Of a stretch of DNA of 64,000 nt, positions 17,145-26,491 are shown piece after piece. The position numbers were made by a program, and so were the translations under genes. Position 1 is the stretch's first letter, and every line of letters starts with the position of its first letter. This DNA is from an uncultured Alphaproteobacteria bacterium (GTDB lineage Bacteria; Pseudomonadota; Alphaproteobacteria; Rhodobacterales; Rhodobacteraceae): assembly GCA_902540655.1 (NCBI GenBank), contig CACBNQ010000003.1, positions 8,599 to 72,598 on the forward strand, written 5' to 3'. Under the pieces are notes generated by a model that saw only the letters and a list, made by a program, of their open reading frames with translations, made no database searches and was not told the origin of the DNA.

Positions 17145-19046
17145 TTAAGAGGAGATGCCTGCCTTCTCCAAAGTGTTAGCAAGCTTTCCCATGAAAGGTC
17201 TATCCATAATAATAAAGGTTTTCATGGCTCTTCTTAATTTTTTAAAATTAACACTACCATCGATTTTTAATATCCTTTCGGCTACTTTCTTAGCGTCATT
17301 TGACCTACCCTCTTCCATATCTATAAAGGCCCTGATTCCAAGAGCCCCTATTTGTGACCCTCCAAAATATTGTTCATTTTCTGATAAATCAGACGCCAAC
17401 TTATAGGCTTTCTCATACTCTTTCAAATATGTAAGAGCCAAAGCATAGTTTAACTTTACATTTCCTGGTGGATGAGGAGCTACTTTTAAAGCTTTTTCAT
17501 AATTTTCAACCGCCTGGTCATACAGGCCTACGATAAAAAGAGAATTTGCGGCAGATAGAATACTGATTATATTAGAAGGATTTAAATCTGATGCTTTTAT
17601 CGCAAACTTTCTTGCAGCATCAAACAACTCATCTTCGGTGTACTCCGGAAACTCTTTTGGGTTTTTTGCCATAAGTCCCGCTAAAAGACTATTAGCATCT
17701 GATAAATCTGGACCGTATTGAACTGCTCGCCGAGCAGTTTCTATCATATCTTTACCAATATTCCAATCACGTAGCCCAACACTCGCTTGGGCAGTAAAAT
17801 ACCAAGCATACATAGATAGAACAACGGGGTTATTTGGTTCTGTTTCAAAAATAGCATCAAATAGAGTTCCAGCCTCTTTTACTCCGTCTAGTGACATTGA
17901 AAGCCAAAGAGAATTCGCTTTTAAAAATCTTTGCCAATTTTCAGGACTCTTAAAATATCTTCTGTCGTCATCAAAGGATGTACCTAACGTCAATTTAACT
18001 TGTAATTTTTCTAAAACTTTTTCGGAAATCGTATCTTGAATTTCAAATATATCTTTAAGTTTGAAATCATATTTGTTTGTCCAGACAATTCTGTTCTTTA
18101 CGATGTCTGAAAGTTCGACTGTAGTTCTAATTTTTTCTCCTGAAACTTGGTTATAGCCTCTTAAGATGTAATTTACAAAATATTCATTTTTTATTTCTTG
18201 ATCAGACATACCTTTTTTCTTTATGAAATTACTAGTGCTGCTTGATTGCACTAAAAGTCTTGGATAACCAGCCAATGAAGAGATAATTATATCAGTCATC
18301 CCACTACTGAGCTGGTCGTCTGATTTATTTCCTGATCTATTTTCAAATGGCATTACTAAAACCATTGGCCTATCGGACTCGGCAATAATTTGTTCAGCAT
18401 TCTTTATTTCCGTATCGTCATTTAAATAAAAGGAAAATACACCTATAACTGATACTAAAATGCCTGCAGCTAGAATACTTATAAGATCTTTTGACCGCCT
18501 AGGCTTCAGAGATCTTTTTTGGGAAGGATCTAATACAATATCAAAAGCATGGAATTCATTTTGTTTTACTTTTTGAATGCCAAGATCATTGAATTGATGT
18601 TTTGTTTTACCTTTCACATAATCAAAAACACTCTTAGATACTGAGATTCCGCCCGCTAATGCTAATGCTTCTAGTCGAGCTGCTATATTAACCCCTTCAC
18701 CTAATAAATTTCCCTTTTCCTTAATTACATCTCCCGTATTGATACCAATACGAAATTCTAGCGTAACTTTTGTAGATGATGATGCATAACTAGTTTTTAT
18801 CTTTTTTTGAAACTCGACAGCGCAATCGACCGCATCCACAGCGCTAACAAATTCCGCCATAAAAGAGTCGCCCCCCGAATTAAATAAATTGCCATTATAT
18901 TTTTTAAACAACCCTTTAAGTATCTTTTCATAAAACCTAAGACTTTTTACAGTCTCACTTTCATCTATTTCCATATGCTTACTGTAATTCACTACGTCAG
19001 TAGCAAAAATTACAGCAATCTTTCGGTCAATTTCCTTAGTGGGCAT
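17145..19046 (-). CDS. Class III adenylate cyclase fused to a TM segment and a periplasmic TolB-N-like/TPR region
   Basis: N-terminal cyclase domain (IFATDVVNYS, GGDSFMAEF, RIGINTGDV, GEGVNIAARLE), one TM (ILAAGILVSVIGVFSFYL), then TPR-like repeats (YEKAYKLA, YDQAVENYEKALKVAP). Confidence 0.85.
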   Translation of the reverse strand: MPTKEIDRKIAVIFATDVVNYSKHMEIDESETVKSLRFYEKILKGLFKKYNGNLFNSGGDSFMAEFVSAVDAVDCAVEFQKKIKTSYASSSTKVTLEFRIGINTGDVIKEKGNLLGEGVNIAARLEALALAGGISVSKSVFDYVKGKTKHQFNDLGIQKVKQNEFHAFDIVLDPSQKRSLKPRRSKDLISILAAGILVSVIGVFSFYLNDDTEIKNAEQIIAESDRPMVLVMPFENRSGNKSDDQLSSGMTDIIISSLAGYPRLLVQSSSTSNFIKKKGMSDQEIKNEYFVNYILRGYNQVSGEKIRTTVELSDIVKNRIVWTNKYDFKLKDIFEIQDTISEKVLEKLQVKLTLGTSFDDDRRYFKSPENWQRFLKANSLWLSMSLDGVKEAGTLFDAIFETEPNNPVVLSMYAWYFTAQASVGLRDWNIGKDMIETARRAVQYGPDLSDANSLLAGLMAKNPKEFPEYTEDELFDAARKFAIKASDLNPSNIISILSAANSLFIVGLYDQAVENYEKALKVAPHPPGNVKLNYALALTYLKEYEKAYKLASDLSENEQYFGGSQIGALGIRAFIDMEEGRSNDAKKVAERILKIDGSVNFKKLRRAMKTFIIMDRPFMGKLANTLEKAGISS

Positions 19047-19144
19047 TCATTAATACTCAATTTTATAAATGAAGTAAGTAGTCAACTTATTTTTACTGAT
19101 AATTAATAAGTTTCAAATAGAAACTTACCACTATTTTTTTATTT

Positions 19145-20821
19145 ATGTTAAAATTAAGCATGAATATTGAAAGTCTTCCGTCATTAAATGATAAAACGCT
19201 TGGCTGGTTAACTTTTTTACACCGGAAAGTTTCAATTAATGATGACTGGTCTGAAGACGGCGAACCCTTAGATTGGTGGGATAAAACATCTAACCCTCCT
19301 GTATTAAATTTTGCTAGATTTGACCTTTCTGAGTCTAGCTATGCACTCGGATTAATGGCTGATGTTACTCCAGCATGGCGAGAATTGTATGCTTTCATTT
19401 TAAAAGGTTTGAGCGAACGACATCTTACCTTTTGGGCTGCTTACGATTGGTTAACTCAAATTGGACCTGATCCTAATCGAGGCAAATATCCTCAAGAATG
19501 GATAGATCTTTGGATACCTGATCACTTGGTAGGAAAATATGACACTCCAGGCTGGGTTGCGAACGGCATTGAGCCTTGGGGATTACAAAAAGATCCGATT
19601 GGTGCAGATGGGAATTTATTTTTTAAAGGTTGGCTAAATTTAATTCAAAGCTTACACGTCTACACAACCGGTGAAGACGCATGGGGATCGAGTTTCCAAG
19701 TAGCTGGTGTCGATAGATCGAAGTTTGATTGGACACAACATAGATTAGTTGAACATTTATCTTCACAATGGACAAAAAACAGAATGGGCCCGCATTGTGA
19801 AAATACGAAAATATGGCCCTATTGCTTATCGGCAGCAGGATTAGGTCTTCAACTTTATGATGCAATTTTTCAAAAAAATACTCACTCTGTTTATCCAGAA
19901 TGGGTTGAACATACGAAAGATAAGTATTACGGCTTTGATAGTTCAGGAGCACTAGAATGGACACCAATCTATTATGACCCATTAATAGATCATATTCATG
20001 CAGCTGGACCATCTAATGGATTAACAATAGCCTTTTATATGATGCCTCAAGATCCAGTTTTTGCCGAGTTTCTATATCGAACTGCGGTAAAAAAACTTGG
20101 TTGGGACAATATCAACAAAGAAATAAAAATGAAGCCTGAACCACGCTTTATGGCTCTAGGGTTAGCCTGTGCAAAGGAATTTGGAGATACAACAGTAGAA
20201 ATGCGTTTAAGAGCATTTGCAGAAGCACACTTTGAACCGCGATGGTTTGGTGAAAATAATATAAACTTTGGCTATTGGTTTAATTTGAATGAAAAATGGC
20301 CAAGAGGACAATGGGCTGCACTGGCTATGATGGCTGAAGTTGGGAAATCAGGTGCATGGTCAAACCTATTTAGAAACCCCAATCTAGAAAAATTCAATGC
20401 TCCATCGCTTGAAGGCGTCGACTTTCCAAATATTTTGGTCGAGCAAGCATTTAACGAGCCTAACAGCCAAACATTGTTTATAAAACTTAAGGCGGCAAAT
20501 AAAAGTAAGGAGAATAGTCCCTCCAAGATAGTTATAAAAAAGATACCAGACTTATCTGCGGTTAAGGTCAAAAGGGATGGATATCTCTACGATATGTGGA
20601 AGGCAACTGGAAAAAGCTCAATTGAAATTGATATTTCTTATTCTGATATGAAACTTGAAATCTATACTGGATGGTCAGGTGCGAAGAAAAGAGGTGAATT
20701 CAACAAGGTTATTAAAAAAGATAATTTAACGAGCATTGGAGCAGGAATAATGCAAAGACCACAATCTCTTAAAATAATAAATACGTCATCATGTCCGTGT
20801 TGTTCTTCCATTGGCAATTAG
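19145..20821 (+). CDS. Linalool dehydratase/isomerase-like (alpha/alpha)6-barrel domain protein with a C-terminal extension
   Basis: Blocks GNLFFKGWLNLIQSLHVYTTG and CENTKIWPYCLSAAGLGLQLYD resemble my recollection of the Castellaniella Ldi sequence ([42 protein letters not shown]). No signal peptide. About 170 extra C-terminal residues end in SSCPCCSS. Confidence 0.5.
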   Translation: MLKLSMNIESLPSLNDKTLGWLTFLHRKVSINDDWSEDGEPLDWWDKTSNPPVLNFARFDLSESSYALGLMADVTPAWRELYAFILKGLSERHLTFWAAYDWLTQIGPDPNRGKYPQEWIDLWIPDHLVGKYDTPGWVANGIEPWGLQKDPIGADGNLFFKGWLNLIQSLHVYTTGEDAWGSSFQVAGVDRSKFDWTQHRLVEHLSSQWTKNRMGPHCENTKIWPYCLSAAGLGLQLYDAIFQKNTHSVYPEWVEHTKDKYYGFDSSGALEWTPIYYDPLIDHIHAAGPSNGLTIAFYMMPQDPVFAEFLYRTAVKKLGWDNINKEIKMKPEPRFMALGLACAKEFGDTTVEMRLRAFAEAHFEPRWFGENNINFGYWFNLNEKWPRGQWAALAMMAEVGKSGAWSNLFRNPNLEKFNAPSLEGVDFPNILVEQAFNEPNSQTLFIKLKAANKSKENSPSKIVIKKIPDLSAVKVKRDGYLYDMWKATGKSSIEIDISYSDMKLEIYTGWSGAKKRGEFNKVIKKDNLTSIGAGIMQRPQSLKIINTSSCPCCSSIGN

Positions 20822-20840
20822 CGTTTTGAATGAAGAGCTA

Positions 20841-21509
20841 TTATTTTTTTAAACTCAGCTTGTAAATTTTTTCTTTTGCTAGAGGAAATATTTCGTATTG
20901 GGCATCAAATAACTCTTGTATTTGTGCGCTCTTAATAGAGAGGCCTCCCGTATAATAACCATATGATGGCATTAATATTCTTTTTTTATTTAATACAAAG
21001 CATGCAACCCAAATTCCTCCAGCATTAATTATAAGCTTAACTTTTGGATGATAGTGACCAAAAACAGAAAACCTCTGATCAATTGACGGGTAATGACTGA
21101 AACAAATACCATCAATAACAACCTTGTCAGTTAAGGTTAATCCAATATCTTCTAGAAAACTTATATTATCATGGTTACCAACAGTTAAGGTACAATCTAT
21201 ATTTTTAAGGATTCTAAAAAAAATTTCTTTTGATTTTGCAGTCATCCTTTGAAAGGCAAATTTGTCATGGATCAAATCGCCTAGAAAAATTATCTTTTCG
21301 ACAGGATGATTGTTTATAAAATTTGAAAGTTGTCTAAGCGTCTCAATAGTATCAAATGGTGGAATATACTGATTTGACTCAGTGAAAAAAGAACCTTTTT
21401 CAAAGTGTAGATCAGAAATAATCAAAGTCTTTTTACTTGGCCAATAAAGTTCACCATTTGCAAAGAAGGAAAACTTTTTATCAGCAAAAATAACGTCCTT
21501 ATGATGCAT
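20841..21509 (-). CDS. pdeM: Ligase-associated DNA damage response metallophosphoesterase/endonuclease PdeM (MPE)
   Basis: Calcineurin-like phosphoesterase motifs DLHFEKG, GDLIHD, GNHD and GHYHP. Overlaps the lhr gene by 11 nt. Confidence 0.8.
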   Translation of the reverse strand: MHHKDVIFADKKFSFFANGELYWPSKKTLIISDLHFEKGSFFTESNQYIPPFDTIETLRQLSNFINNHPVEKIIFLGDLIHDKFAFQRMTAKSKEIFFRILKNIDCTLTVGNHDNISFLEDIGLTLTDKVVIDGICFSHYPSIDQRFSVFGHYHPKVKLIINAGGIWVACFVLNKKRILMPSYGYYTGGLSIKSAQIQELFDAQYEIFPLAKEKIYKLSLKK

Positions 21510-23883
21510 TGACTTCTTTGAGCAATTCGTTCTCGAGCTTCTCTAAATAAAAATTATCTAGTTCATTTTTATCCGGTGTCTCTTTATGATATTCAAAGAG
21601 TAAAGAGAAGGCTAGAGCAGATGCTCTATTGAGTTTGTTTATCTTTATTTTGTTTTTAATTCTAAATAGAAACGTTGAAAGCCTATCGAGATCAACGAGG
21701 TCTCTCTTAGCATTTTCTGTAGTGATTTTTAATAATATATGGTGCGGCTCATGCTTTCTTAATACTTCATAAATCAAGTCAGTATTAAAAGTCACTTGTT
21801 TACCCGTTTTTTGGTTGCCTGGGAGATTTTTATAAATTAATCCGGAGATTATAGCAATTTCTCTAAATAGTCTTTTTATTAATGGAGTTTCTTCTAACCA
21901 TTCATATAAATCCTCGATTAAAATATCTTGAGAGAAAAGGAAGTCGATGTCTTCAATTTCTTTAGAAAATGAAAATAAAATAGAATAATCATTCGCAACA
22001 AATCCAAATGGTTGTACACCAAGCTTTTTAATTCGTCTTAGAATAAGAAATCCAAGAGTTTGGTGCGTGTTTCTTCCTTCAAATGGATGAACTGCCATGT
22101 AATATTTTTCCTGCTTACCATTTTTCCTCTTAAAGGTTTCAACAAGGAATTCATTCTCTTTTGGGAAGGAAGAAAACTTTGTCTGCAGCTCTGTCCATTT
22201 TTTTAAACTATCGGGAAGATCTACTAACTCAAGTCGTTTGGAAAAAATCTTTCTTACAGTTTTTGAGAGATGGGTCGACAGCGGTAAATTTCCTCCTTTA
22301 AAAGATGGTATTTTTTGATGCTCAAGGGCAGTTATTTTAGCATATGCAATATTACCAATAACTTTCTCAAACATCAGCCTCTTTCCGCCAAATATGAACG
22401 TGTCTCCTGCTGACAAACCACTAATGAACCACTCTTCAATATTTCCTAAATATCTATTGCCTACCCTTAGACGTAACATTTCGGCTTCAACAATAGTTCC
22501 GATATTCATTTTATATTTTGTGACTAGTGATTTATCCCTAATTTCATAATATTCGCCATCCCTCCTCAACCGTGAATACTCTTCATAAGCCTGAAGGGAA
22601 TAACCTCCATTTTCAACAAATGAAAGAGTTTTTTCAAAATCCTCAATATTAAGATTTCTGTACGGCCATGCTTCTTTAATTTGTTTGTATAAATCTTCTT
22701 TTTTAAATTTTTGGGAAATTGCAACACCAACAATATGCTGGGCAAGTACATCTAAAGAGCCTTCAGAGTATATTTCATCTTCAAGAAAATTTAACTCCAC
22801 ACACTCTTTTGCAGCAATACATTCTACATACTCGAAACAATTAGTTGGGACTAGAATAGCTCTTGAAGGAGTATCGATCGTGTGATTTGCTCGACCAATT
22901 CTCTGGACCAACCTTGCAACACCTTTAGGAGCTCCTATCTGCATAACCAAGTCAATATTACCCCAGTCAAGACCCAAGTCTAATGAACTGGTGGCAACTA
23001 CACACTCTACATGCCCTTCTACTATTTCCTTTTCTACTTTTTTCCTAAGATCTTTTTCTAAACTTCCATGATGAATCGCTATTTTTTTATTTTTATTGTT
23101 AATTGCCCAGAGGCTTTCAAATAATATTTCCGCCTGAGCTCGTGTGTTTACAAAAAGAATAGATGACTTAAATTTAAGTATTTCAGAATATATTTCTGAA
23201 AGAGCATATCTTGGGGAATGGCCCGACCAGGGAATTCTATTTCCTGAATTTAATATCGTAATTTCTGGTGCAACCTTTGAATGAGTACTGACGAGCTTTG
23301 TATTCTTATTATTTGAAAGATATTTTTTCGCAAGATTAGTATTCTTTAGAGTAGCTGAGAGCCCAATTACTCGAAACGGTTTAATAGATCGTAGCCTTGC
23401 AACATTTAAGCTTAATAAGTGCCCTCTTTTTGAGTCGAAAAATGTATGTAGCTCATCAATAATAACAAATTTTAAATTCTTAAACAAATTAATGACATCC
23501 GTCCTTGCCATCAGAAGTGCGAATGACTCAGGAGTTGTCATCAGAAAATTAGGAGGCTTTTTAATTTGCTTTGCTTTATTGTATGTTGACGTGTCACTCG
23601 TCCGGGTCTCTACTTTAATATTGATTTTTAAATCATTGATAGGATTGAGTAAATTTCTTTGAACATCAGTTGTTAAGGCTTTTAAGGGTGATATATATAA
23701 AGTATGGAATTCCTGACTTTTGTAATTATTTTTTATAAAGTCGTCGATCGATGGCATAAAACCACCAATTGTTTTACCTCCGCCCGTTGGGGCATGTAAA
23801 ATTACATCAAACCCCTTCTTAATCAAGCTTAAGGTTTCAATTTGATGGTCATATAAAGACCAACCTTTTTTCTTGAGCCACAT
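21499..23883 (-). CDS. lhr: Ligase-associated DEXH-box helicase (Lhr-core type)
   Basis: Walker A APTGGGKT, DExH box IIDELH, SAT and QRIGRANH, plus a long C-terminal Lhr-type extension. 794 aa. Confidence 0.85.
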   Translation of the reverse strand: MWLKKKGWSLYDHQIETLSLIKKGFDVILHAPTGGGKTIGGFMPSIDDFIKNNYKSQEFHTLYISPLKALTTDVQRNLLNPINDLKINIKVETRTSDTSTYNKAKQIKKPPNFLMTTPESFALLMARTDVINLFKNLKFVIIDELHTFFDSKRGHLLSLNVARLRSIKPFRVIGLSATLKNTNLAKKYLSNNKNTKLVSTHSKVAPEITILNSGNRIPWSGHSPRYALSEIYSEILKFKSSILFVNTRAQAEILFESLWAINNKNKKIAIHHGSLEKDLRKKVEKEIVEGHVECVVATSSLDLGLDWGNIDLVMQIGAPKGVARLVQRIGRANHTIDTPSRAILVPTNCFEYVECIAAKECVELNFLEDEIYSEGSLDVLAQHIVGVAISQKFKKEDLYKQIKEAWPYRNLNIEDFEKTLSFVENGGYSLQAYEEYSRLRRDGEYYEIRDKSLVTKYKMNIGTIVEAEMLRLRVGNRYLGNIEEWFISGLSAGDTFIFGGKRLMFEKVIGNIAYAKITALEHQKIPSFKGGNLPLSTHLSKTVRKIFSKRLELVDLPDSLKKWTELQTKFSSFPKENEFLVETFKRKNGKQEKYYMAVHPFEGRNTHQTLGFLILRRIKKLGVQPFGFVANDYSILFSFSKEIEDIDFLFSQDILIEDLYEWLEETPLIKRLFREIAIISGLIYKNLPGNQKTGKQVTFNTDLIYEVLRKHEPHHILLKITTENAKRDLVDLDRLSTFLFRIKNKIKINKLNRASALAFSLLFEYHKETPDKNELDNFYLEKLENELLKEVNAS

Positions 23884-23933
23884 GTCAATTGGATTATGTT
23901 TAAAACTTACAGTAATAACTAATCTTTCTAAAT

Positions 23934-24923
23934 ATGATATCTATTGATAACAAACTTTATATAAGAGACATCGATACATATATAGACCCTTTTTTTCCTG
24001 TAGAAAGGGCAATAATAACCCATGGACACGCTGATCACGCTAGAGCAGGTCACAAGCATGTACTCTGTACTCCTGAAACCTCCGATATTATGAAAATTAG
24101 ATATGGCGAGAACTGTGCAAGCAGTTTTCAAACAATTAAATATGGGCATTCGGTGAAAATAGGAAAGATAAGCGTTACGCTGTACCCTGCGGCACATATA
24201 TTGGGAAGCGCACAAGTTTTACTAGAGACAGAAAAGCATAGAATTGTGGTTACTGGGGACTATAAAACAATATTAGATCGACATTTAGATCCCTTTGAGG
24301 TCGTTCCCTGTGATTTGCTTATTACCGAGGCTACCTTCGGATTGCCAATATTTAAATTTAATAAACCAGAAATGGAAATTGAGCGATTGCTGGACAATAT
24401 TTCCAAAAATAGAGAGAATACATTCTTAATTGGGGCTTATTCACTTGGTAAAGCACAAAGGATTATCTGGCTTCTTCGAGAGGCAGGTTTTTCAGACGAT
24501 ATTTTTGTTCATGGATCTATGGATAAACTGTGTGACTTTTATCAAAGTAAGGGAATTAGGCTTGGCACTCTAAGAAAGGCTACTTTAGACAACAGAAAAG
24601 ACTTTAAAGGAAAAATCATTGTAGCACCCCCTTCTGCACTCAAGGATAGATGGTCACGACGTTTTGAAAATATTACTAGATGTTATGCTTCAGGCTGGAT
24701 GCAAGTCAAACAGCGCGCTAAGCAAAGCCAAATTGAAATTCCTCTTGTTATATCGGATCATTCCGATTGGAATGAGCTTACCAATACTATTAAACAGACT
24801 GGTGCAGAAAAAGTTTGGATAACACACGGAAGAGAAGATGCTCTAAAATATTGGTGTGAAAAAAACGGAATTCAAGCTGAGCCGCTTTCTCTTCAACACA
24901 GAGATGAAACAGGCGAACTATAA
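23934..24923 (+). CDS. Ligase-associated DNA damage response exonuclease (metallo-beta-lactamase/beta-CASP fold)
   Basis: ITHGHADHAR (HxHxDH) motif. Followed with a 1-nt overlap by the ATP-dependent ligase gene. Confidence 0.8.
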   Translation: MISIDNKLYIRDIDTYIDPFFPVERAIITHGHADHARAGHKHVLCTPETSDIMKIRYGENCASSFQTIKYGHSVKIGKISVTLYPAAHILGSAQVLLETEKHRIVVTGDYKTILDRHLDPFEVVPCDLLITEATFGLPIFKFNKPEMEIERLLDNISKNRENTFLIGAYSLGKAQRIIWLLREAGFSDDIFVHGSMDKLCDFYQSKGIRLGTLRKATLDNRKDFKGKIIVAPPSALKDRWSRRFENITRCYASGWMQVKQRAKQSQIEIPLVISDHSDWNELTNTIKQTGAEKVWITHGREDALKYWCEKNGIQAEPLSLQHRDETGEL

Positions 24924-26491
24924 TGAAAGCTTTTTCGAATTTACTATCGGATCTTATTTTGACGAGCTCGAGAAACAGAAAACTATCACTATTAGAACAG
25001 TATTTTAGCTCAACACCTGACCCCGACCGAGGGTATGCTTTGGCAGCACTTACTGGCTCACTTAACTTTAAAAACATAAAATCTTCATTCTTTAAAGATT
25101 TAATCAAAGAAAAGCAAGACGAACACTTATTTGACCTATCTTACGACTATGTAGGTGATTTAGCTGAAACTATATCTTTGTTATGGGACCAAGAAAAAGG
25201 TGGCAATATGCCGAAACTTTCTTCTTTATTCGAAAACTTAAAAAAGGCTAAAACTAATGAGCTGAAGAACCATATAATTAATATTCTAAACATCAGTACG
25301 GCTGATCAGAGATGGGCTTTTATTAAACTTTTTACAGGAGGCTTGCGCATTGGAGTATCAAGCAGGCTCGTAAAGCAAGCACTAGCAAATTATGGCAACG
25401 TTGATCTTGAAGAAATTGAAAAGATTTGGCATGGTTTACGCCTTCCTTACATTAATTTGTTTTCGTGGCTTGAGAATAAGAGTAGTAAACCGAAAATTTC
25501 AATCTATGACATTTTTCATCCAATGATGCTTGCTCATCCGCTTGTGGTGGAAAAAGATTTGGTAGCAGCAAATCCAAAAGATTTCGTTGCTGAATATAAA
25601 TGGGACGGAATTAGAGTTCAAATTGTAAGCCATGGTGAAGGATGTCGCCTTTATTCAAGGACAGGCGATGAAGTTTCTAAGTCTTTTCCAGAAATAATTA
25701 AGACAATACAAGGTAATTTTGTACTAGATGGAGAATTACTCGCTGGAATTAACAATAATCCAAAAACATTTAACGATCTTCAGCAAAGGCTAAACAAAAA
25801 AGCTCCCTCAGAAAAGTTTATAGAAAAAAATCCATGTTTTATAAAGGTATATGATGTTTTGTTTTTCAACGGCAATGATTTAAGAGATAAAACGCTTATT
25901 GAAAGGAAAAAAGTTCTGAATTCGTATTTTAGTACAAATAGATCCCCAATGTTTTTATCGGAAACAATTGAGTTTAAAGACTGGAGATTTTTAGACAAAA
26001 TAAGAGATATTTCCAACAAGCAAATACATGAAGGTGTAATGATCAAATCAGTTTTCAGTCCTTATATTGCCGGGAGACCACGCGGCAAATGGTTTAAATG
26101 GAAAAGAAACCCAAAGAATGTAGATGCGATAATTATGTATGCACAAAGAGGACATGGAAAGCGGAGTTCTTTTTACTCAGACTATACTTTTGGTGTCTTT
26201 AACAAAGAAAAGGAACTTGTTCCTATAGGCAAGGCATATTCCGGATTTACCGATGAAGAGTTAAATAGATTAGATAAATTTGTAAGATCAAAAACTATAA
26301 ACCGGTTTGGACCTGTTAGAGAGGTTGAAAAAACATTGGTCGTAGAGATTGCATTTGATGAAATGTCTTTGAGTAATAGACATAAGTCGGGAATTGCTTT
26401 ACGGTTTCCTAGGTTCAAAAGAATTAGATGGGATAAGCCAACTAATGAAGTAGAAACATTGGACCAAATTAGAAAAAATTTTTTGGAATAA
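24923..26491 (+). CDS. ATP-dependent DNA ligase
   Basis: Motif I EYKWDGIRVQ (KxDG adenylation lysine). DGELL, EGVMIK and WFKWK motifs of the nucleotidyltransferase/OB domains. Confidence 0.9.
   Translation: MKAFSNLLSDLILTSSRNRKLSLLEQYFSSTPDPDRGYALAALTGSLNFKNIKSSFFKDLIKEKQDEHLFDLSYDYVGDLAETISLLWDQEKGGNMPKLSSLFENLKKAKTNELKNHIINILNISTADQRWAFIKLFTGGLRIGVSSRLVKQALANYGNVDLEEIEKIWHGLRLPYINLFSWLENKSSKPKISIYDIFHPMMLAHPLVVEKDLVAANPKDFVAEYKWDGIRVQIVSHGEGCRLYSRTGDEVSKSFPEIIKTIQGNFVLDGELLAGINNNPKTFNDLQQRLNKKAPSEKFIEKNPCFIKVYDVLFFNGNDLRDKTLIERKKVLNSYFSTNRSPMFLSETIEFKDWRFLDKIRDISNKQIHEGVMIKSVFSPYIAGRPRGKWFKWKRNPKNVDAIIMYAQRGHGKRSSFYSDYTFGVFNKEKELVPIGKAYSGFTDEELNRLDKFVRSKTINRFGPVREVEKTLVVEIAFDEMSLSNRHKSGIALRFPRFKRIRWDKPTNEVETLDQIRKNFLE

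Noticed and set aside
5826-19046. Interpretation of the cyclase cluster as a cyclic-nucleotide anti-phage system (Pycsar/CBASS-like)
   Set aside because: No adjacent effector gene (cNMP-binding TM/TIR, patatin, endonuclease) is present. The cyclases carry sensor-type N- or C-terminal domains typical of signal-transduction enzymes. No other defence genes are nearby.
19623-20012. 129-aa antisense ORF inside the LDI-like gene (also 20272-20571)
   Set aside because: It is antisense to a long ORF with recognisable blocks and shows no independent signals.
23884-23933. Possible SOS (LexA) box in the divergent promoter of the ligase-associated module
   Set aside because: Neither a GAAC-N7-GAAC/GTTC-N7-GTTC motif nor a CTGT-N8-ACAG motif is present in the 50-nt spacer.
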